From NCBI GenBank assembly GCA_964569845.1, contig CAZMUQ010000002.1:919-64918 (forward strand): a stretch of DNA of 64,000 bases, given 5' to 3'. Positions 59,013-64,000 of the stretch are shown here, one piece after another; position 1 is the first letter of the stretch, and the number at the start of each line of letters is the position of its first letter. Both the position numbers and the translations under genes were made by a program. A model generated the notes under the pieces. That model had not been told where the DNA came from and did no database searches. It saw nothing but the letters and a program-made list of their open reading frames with translations. The stretch is from an uncultured Candidatus Bathyarchaeia archaeon. GTDB lineage: Archaea; Thermoproteota; Bathyarchaeia; Hecatellales; Hecatellaceae.

Positions 59013-59429
59013 TCAAGGGTTACCTACACCATCAGCTTTAACCTTTTTAACCATATCTACAATATATTTACCCCAGCCTATTTCCCAATCACTTTTAGTT
59101 AAGGTTGGAGGTATTCGCGAAAAATATCTTTCAACAAGTGAGATAATAGGATCTTCATTTAGCTTTACATCATTGTAAATGTATCTTGAGCCAACATAAA
59201 TATCATCAACAACAACCATACCTAAATCTTCTATTATTCTCAAGATATCGCTACATGGAACATGGCACATACAACCGACAAGGATAACTTTTAATCTATC
59301 ACCAACTAAAACTTCTCTACCCATAAGTTCTTCAGGAACTTCCATAGGGAAACAACCAATAACCCTTTTATCTGCATGTTTTTTAAAATCCTGCAACAGT
59401 TTGATAGGGGTCTTCAACAAGCTGGACAA
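59013..59429 (-). pseudogene. N-terminal fragment of a 2-hydroxyacyl-CoA dehydratase (HgdB/BcrB-like) family protein
   Basis: 138 aa with KRVIGCFPMEVPEELMGREVL, matching the N-terminus of the HGD-D family. Proteins of this family are about 380 aa. The ORF stops and is followed directly by the activase remnant. Confidence 0.4.
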
Positions 59430-59612
59430 TTTTACCGATTGTTATAGAAGACATAATAGAAGAACCTCCAACTTAAGGTTAAGACGAACCTATTTATTTA
59501 GCTTTTAAGTATAAAAGTCTAGGTTTCAGCATCATTATCCCTAAGTTTTAATTGACCATAAAACATAAATAAAAAGAAAAGTTTAAGTGGAAATTACTAG
59601 CGGTGTTAAACA

Positions 59613-59855
59613 ATGCCTATAAGAGCTTTTGTCTTAATTACAACTAAACCTGGAACATCTGAAGAAGTTGTTAAAGCTAGAAAAATCAGAGGGGTTAAAT
59701 TAGCAAATTCTACTTTTGGCAGATTTGATGCTGTAGTTGTAGTTGAAGCTAAAAATTTTGAGGAACTTAAAGAAATTGTTTATAAAATGATAGAACAACT
59801 TCCAAACGTTGTTCATACAGAAACTTTAATTTCTCTGTTTTATCCCCCAGAATAA
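59613..59855 (+). CDS. stand-alone RAM (Lrp/AsnC C-terminal) domain protein
   Basis: 80 aa with AFVLITTKPGTSEEVV...GRFDAVVVVEA...LPNVVHTETLISL. Confidence 0.6.
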   Translation: MPIRAFVLITTKPGTSEEVVKARKIRGVKLANSTFGRFDAVVVVEAKNFEELKEIVYKMIEQLPNVVHTETLISLFYPPE

Positions 59856-59874
59856 AGGTTTTTAGGAGTACATA

Positions 59875-60126
59875 TTAAGGTGTTAAACTTATTAAGGTTT
59901 CAGTATGAGTTACATTTGGAAGCTTCTCAATTATCTTATAAGTTAACCTTGTAAGTTCCTCCAAGTTTTCAACTTCAACCACAACTACAGCATCAAAACG
60001 ACCATAAACAGAGTCTATGAGTTTAACACCCTTCAAATTTTTAGTACCTTTTATAGCAGCAACAACTTCTTCAGATGTTCCAGGTTTAGTTGTAATTAAG
60101 ATGTAGGCCCTCAAAAAATCCACCAC
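59875..60126 (-). CDS. stand-alone RAM domain protein (inverted near-duplicate of 59613..59855)
   Basis: 83 aa with AYILITTKPGTSEEVV...GRFDAVVVVEV...LPNVTHTETLISL. Shares a 40-nt identical DNA tract with its neighbour. Confidence 0.6.
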   Translation of the reverse strand: MVDFLRAYILITTKPGTSEEVVAAIKGTKNLKGVKLIDSVYGRFDAVVVVEVENLEELTRLTYKIIEKLPNVTHTETLISLTP

Positions 60127-60381
60127 ACAAGTTTTAAGCTAGCTAGAAAATAAAAATTTTACGCTCTTAGGTTCTGCCTAGTTATAGTTATAAATTAGGT
60201 GTTGTAAATTTCCAGGACCTAAACTGGGCAGAACCGCTCTTAGATGTATTTGCTGAGTAAAGTAAGTATTTCAAAATTATTATTAGGGGAGATTTGATAA
60301 TCGTTAAGAACAGCTTAAGATTGAACTTGTTTTTAGAGTAATTGTTAATTGGGGATAAGTTAAACTTGGTATGTAGGAAAA

Positions 60382-61977
60382 ATGGTTACGGAAGTTGTTT
60401 ACGAGGAAATTATCAAGGATATCCTTCAGCTTGAAAGTATAACTGAGAAGGATATAAACAATATAAAGATTAGGGTATCCAAAAAATACGGGCTTTCAGT
60501 TTTACCGCCAAATTCAGAAATAATTAAAAGATTGCCGCCTGAAAAATCTCAACAGTTAATTAGTTTCCTTAGGAGAAAAAAAGTCCGATCTATTTCCGGT
60601 GTTTTGGTAGTAACTGTAATGGTTAAGCCTTATCAATGTCCGCATACTCCCCGCTGTATTTATTGTCCTGGTGGGGTAGGCTATGGAACACCTTCAGCTT
60701 ACACTGGACGAGAACCTGCATGCTTACGTGCAATCCAAAACAATTATGACCCGTACATGCAAGTTAAAAGTCGTATAAATCAGCTTGAAGCTATCGGTCA
60801 TACCGTTGATAAAGTTGAACTAATAATTTTAGGTGGAAACTTTACTTACTTACCTAAAGATTACCAGGAGTGGTTTATAAAAGAATGCTTAGATGCAATA
60901 ACAAATATTAGGTCTTCGAACATTGAGGAAGCCAAAATTTATGCTGAAACATCAAAAATTAAAAATTCCGGTATAACTGTTGAAACAAGACCAGATATAT
61001 GTAAGGAGGACCAAGTAAACTTCCTTTTAAAGCTTGGTCTTACAAGAATTGAACTCGGGGTTCAAACAGTTTATGATGATGTTTACAATTTTATTCAAAG
61101 AGGCCATACAATTGAGGATGTTGTAGAATCATTTAGAGTTTGTAAGGATGCAGGTTTTGCTATAATAGCTCATTTAATGTTAAACCTTCCAGGCTCAGAT
61201 TTTCAAAGAGACCTTGAAATGTTTAAGATTATTTTTTCTGATGAAAGATTTAAGCCTGACAATATTAAGATTTATCCTACTCTTGTTCTTAAGGGTACAA
61301 AGCTTTATGAACTTTGGGAAAAAGGTGAATATCAGCCATACTCAGATGAGGATATCATTAAGCTTATAATTGAGGCTAAAAAAATGCTTCCAAGATGGGT
61401 TAGAATTCAAAGAATTCAAAGAGATATTCCTGCAAATCTTATCATTGCAGGTGTTAAAAAAAGTAACCTGAGGGAAATTGTACTTAAAAAAATGTGGGAA
61501 GAAGGTTTAAAATGCCCCTGTATTCGTTGCAGAGAAGTAGGACATGTTAAGGCTAAATTTGGTTTAGAACCTAAACCTGAAAATATAAAGTTGAAAGTTG
61601 AAAAATACTATGCATCTGAAGGTGAAGAAATCTTCTTATCTTATGAAGATGTTAAGCAGGATATACTTATCGGACACTTAAGGTTAAGATACCCATCAGA
61701 GAAAGTTTTTAGACCAGAAATTGAGAAAGGCAAATCTCTAATTGTTAGAGAACTCCATGTTTATGGGTCTCTTATACCTGTTGGAGCTAAAAATATTGAA
61801 GGATGGCAACATCGGGGTTATGGTAGACTTCTACTTGAAGAAGCTGAAAAAATTGCTATTGAAGAATATGATGCAAAAAAAATTCTTATTCTTTCAGCAT
61901 TAGGTGTTAAAAGTTATTATGCAAAATTCGGCTATAAAAAGGATGGAGTCTATGTATCTAAAATCTTAAAGCATTAA
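60382..61977 (+). CDS. elp3: Elongator complex protein 3 homolog (tRNA U34 carboxymethylation; radical SAM + GNAT)
   Basis: 531 aa with radical SAM Cys cluster (CPHTPRCIYCPGG) and C-terminal GNAT motif QHRGYGRLLLEEAE. Confidence 0.9.
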   Translation: MVTEVVYEEIIKDILQLESITEKDINNIKIRVSKKYGLSVLPPNSEIIKRLPPEKSQQLISFLRRKKVRSISGVLVVTVMVKPYQCPHTPRCIYCPGGVGYGTPSAYTGREPACLRAIQNNYDPYMQVKSRINQLEAIGHTVDKVELIILGGNFTYLPKDYQEWFIKECLDAITNIRSSNIEEAKIYAETSKIKNSGITVETRPDICKEDQVNFLLKLGLTRIELGVQTVYDDVYNFIQRGHTIEDVVESFRVCKDAGFAIIAHLMLNLPGSDFQRDLEMFKIIFSDERFKPDNIKIYPTLVLKGTKLYELWEKGEYQPYSDEDIIKLIIEAKKMLPRWVRIQRIQRDIPANLIIAGVKKSNLREIVLKKMWEEGLKCPCIRCREVGHVKAKFGLEPKPENIKLKVEKYYASEGEEIFLSYEDVKQDILIGHLRLRYPSEKVFRPEIEKGKSLIVRELHVYGSLIPVGAKNIEGWQHRGYGRLLLEEAEKIAIEEYDAKKILILSALGVKSYYAKFGYKKDGVYVSKILKH

Positions 61978-62044
61978 AAAGTAGACTTCTATTACTCTAA
62001 CTTTCCATTAAAATGGGAATTTTTGGTAGATTTAGTTATAGTTG

Positions 62045-63514
62045 TTATCTATCAAAGTAAAGGTGGAATTCATATGGATGCGGCCTTAGATTTACTTCCT
62101 TATACTCATTAATTTCAAGCTCAACTATTTTATCAATTAAATCCTGAGAAAATATCGGTTTTAAGTATTCTTGGTCACTTTGTAACGATTCAGCAGCTTC
62201 TTTTAAGCTTCCAGGTAGCTCCTTAATTCCTAGCTGTCTCCTTCTTTCAGGTGTAAGTTTGTAGATATCTTCATCTACAGGGTCACCCATATCGATTTTC
62301 TTTTTAACACCATCAAGTCCAGCTGCAAGTATAGCTGCAAAACATAAGTAGGGATTAGATGAGGGGTCAGGAGGTCTAAATTCAAGCCTTTTTTGCTTTG
62401 CAGCTTTAATACCTTTATGATAAACTGGAATTCTTAAACATGCGGACCTATTGCTGCGACTCCAAGCAACATAAACTGGAGCCTCAAATCCTGGAACAAG
62501 CCTCCGGTAGGAGCTTGTTGTTGGTGCAACAATAGCAGCTAGGGAGCATGCATGTTCAAGTAAACCTCCACCAAAATATCTAGCTAGCTGGCTTAATTCA
62601 GCATACTCATCATTTGGATCATAAAAAAGGTTTTTTTCATTTTTCCAGATACTTACATGAACATGCATACCAGAAGCATTATCTATGAAAATTGGTTTAG
62701 GCATAAAAGTTGCAACCATACCATATTTAGAAGCAACATTCCTGATTACGTACTTAAGAGTCATTACATTATCTCCAGTATTTGTTAGGCTATCTCGGTA
62801 AAAGTTTATCTCACTTTGACCAGCAGAGGCTACTTCATGATGGTGAACATCACAAATTATACCAAAAAATTCTGTTAAAATTCTAACACATTCGCATCTA
62901 AATTCCATAAGAGAATCTTGAGGTGGTACAGAAAAATATCCTTCCTTAAACCTAATTGGGTAACCTGTTCCACCATTATTCCAAGCAGCCTCTCTTGATT
63001 CTATTTGATAACTTTGCCCCCTGTAAGCATTCAAAATATCCCAGCTTACTTTATCAAAAACAAAAAATTCAACTTCAGGACCCCAATAAGATACATCGTA
63101 ACCCATTTCCCTTAATACCTGCTCAGCTCTTTGGGCAACTCCTCTTGGATCCCTAGAAAATCTTCCTAGCCCAAATCCCCAGTAAACATCACAAATCATT
63201 CTTGCAGTTTTCAAATTTTCAGACATCCAAGGGATTATTGAAAATGTTGAAGGATCTGGTTTAAGAACCATATCTGACTCATGAATTTCAACATACCCTC
63301 TAATTGAGGAACCATCAAGTTTAGGGATTCCCTCAGTAAAACTATCCTCATCTAAAAATTCGGCTGAGATTGTTGTATGGTTAAGTTTTCCAGGAACATC
63401 GGTAAAATGTAGATCTATAAACTTAACATTCTCCTTCCTAATTAATTCTAAAACTTCTTCAGGCTTTCTTTTTAACGGTTTTATTTTTCCTTCAGCAGTT
63501 CTAATATAGGGCAT
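62045..63514 (-). CDS. glnA: glutamine synthetase
   Basis: 489 aa with GS beta-grasp and catalytic domains (e.g. ASGMHVHVS). Confidence 0.9.
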   Translation of the reverse strand: MPYIRTAEGKIKPLKRKPEEVLELIRKENVKFIDLHFTDVPGKLNHTTISAEFLDEDSFTEGIPKLDGSSIRGYVEIHESDMVLKPDPSTFSIIPWMSENLKTARMICDVYWGFGLGRFSRDPRGVAQRAEQVLREMGYDVSYWGPEVEFFVFDKVSWDILNAYRGQSYQIESREAAWNNGGTGYPIRFKEGYFSVPPQDSLMEFRCECVRILTEFFGIICDVHHHEVASAGQSEINFYRDSLTNTGDNVMTLKYVIRNVASKYGMVATFMPKPIFIDNASGMHVHVSIWKNEKNLFYDPNDEYAELSQLARYFGGGLLEHACSLAAIVAPTTSSYRRLVPGFEAPVYVAWSRSNRSACLRIPVYHKGIKAAKQKRLEFRPPDPSSNPYLCFAAILAAGLDGVKKKIDMGDPVDEDIYKLTPERRRQLGIKELPGSLKEAAESLQSDQEYLKPIFSQDLIDKIVELEINEYKEVNLRPHPYEFHLYFDR

Positions 63515-63580
63515 ACTACTGCACCATATCTTTCAATTAATAATTGGAAGATTAAAAAACTCCGAATATATACTTTTTTG

Positions 63581-63640
63581 TGATTAATCAGAACAATTGC
63601 TCAATTTTAAAATGAAAAACTTTACTATTGTTCAGAACAA
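63581..63640. promoter_or_regulatory. palindromic candidate operator sites in the glnA-guaA divergent intergenic region
   Basis: Perfect palindromes TGATTAATCA (63581-63590) and TTGTTCAGAACAA (63628-63640), with a CAGAACAA half-site at 63589-63596. Confidence 0.3.
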
Positions 63641-63749
63641 GGCGAAACACAGATTAAACCTCCTTAATAATCAATTTTTAGAGATTTAAGAGCAAAAAAG
63701 AAATAAGGAATAATAGTTAAAGTTGAGTAAGTTAAGGTTGAAGTAGAAA

Positions 63750-64000
63750 ATGGTTAAACCAGATGCTATACTTGTTCTCGATTTTGGAGGTCAATACTGT
63801 CATTTAATTAGTAGAAGGGTAAGGGAACAAAATGTTTATTCTGAAATAGTCCACTACGATATAACTTTAAGAGAAATATCAGAGCTAAATAAAAAGGTTA
63901 ACATCAAAGGATTAATTTTATCAGGAGGACCTTCAAGCGTTTATGAGGCGGATGCTCCAAAATTTAACATAGAAATTTTGAATCTTAACATACCTTTACT
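63750..64000 (+). CDS. guaA: GMP synthase, glutamine amidotransferase subunit, partial (continues beyond window end)
   Basis: [34 protein letters not shown] is a class I GATase N-terminus typical of archaeal GuaA subunit A. No stop before 64000. Confidence 0.8.
   Translation, partial: MVKPDAILVLDFGGQYCHLISRRVREQNVYSEIVHYDITLREISELNKKVNIKGLILSGGPSSVYEADAPKFNIEILNLNIPL

Overview
This window is AT-rich (about one third GC by eye) and is archaeal chromosome. The archaeal signature comes from the L44e/S27e/aIF2-alpha/Nop10 cluster, RpoP, AglB, Elp3, RNase P Pop5, a candidate C/D box sRNA, an intron-containing tRNA, a stand-alone 5S rRNA and a SepCysS-like gene. It is densely coded, with about 70 genes, most on the minus strand, and consists mostly of housekeeping functions. 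These include ileS, glnA, gatD, nadE, thi4, nrdJ, topA, map, speE/speH, truA, dnaJ and a NuoC plus fused NuoI-B-D module. RNA genes found by eye are tRNA-Arg(CCU), tRNA-Val(GAC) with a 14-nt canonical intron, a 5S rRNA and one candidate C/D box sRNA between Mrp and Pop5. I found no CRISPR array, transposase or integrase. Six loci deserve a second look. (1) A compact three-gene operon encodes a half-size hinge-less SMC-like ATPase followed by kleisin (ScpA)-like and ScpB-like proteins. (2) An RNR-family paralog with an N-terminal wHTH and ATP-cone lies immediately upstream of class II RNR. (3) There are four stand-alone RAM-domain (demi-Lrp) genes in two pairs, one pair a near-identical inverted duplicate. 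(4) Three genes are disrupted: an AsnB-like gene split by two +1 shifts, a radical SAM gene interrupted at a hairpin, and a deletion scar joining HgdB-like and activase fragments. (5) The Nuo fusion has hydrogenase-to-complex-I intermediate ligand signatures and no membrane subunits nearby. (6) Several intergenic regions carry structured or repeated elements. All functional calls are from motif recognition by eye and have not been checked against any database.
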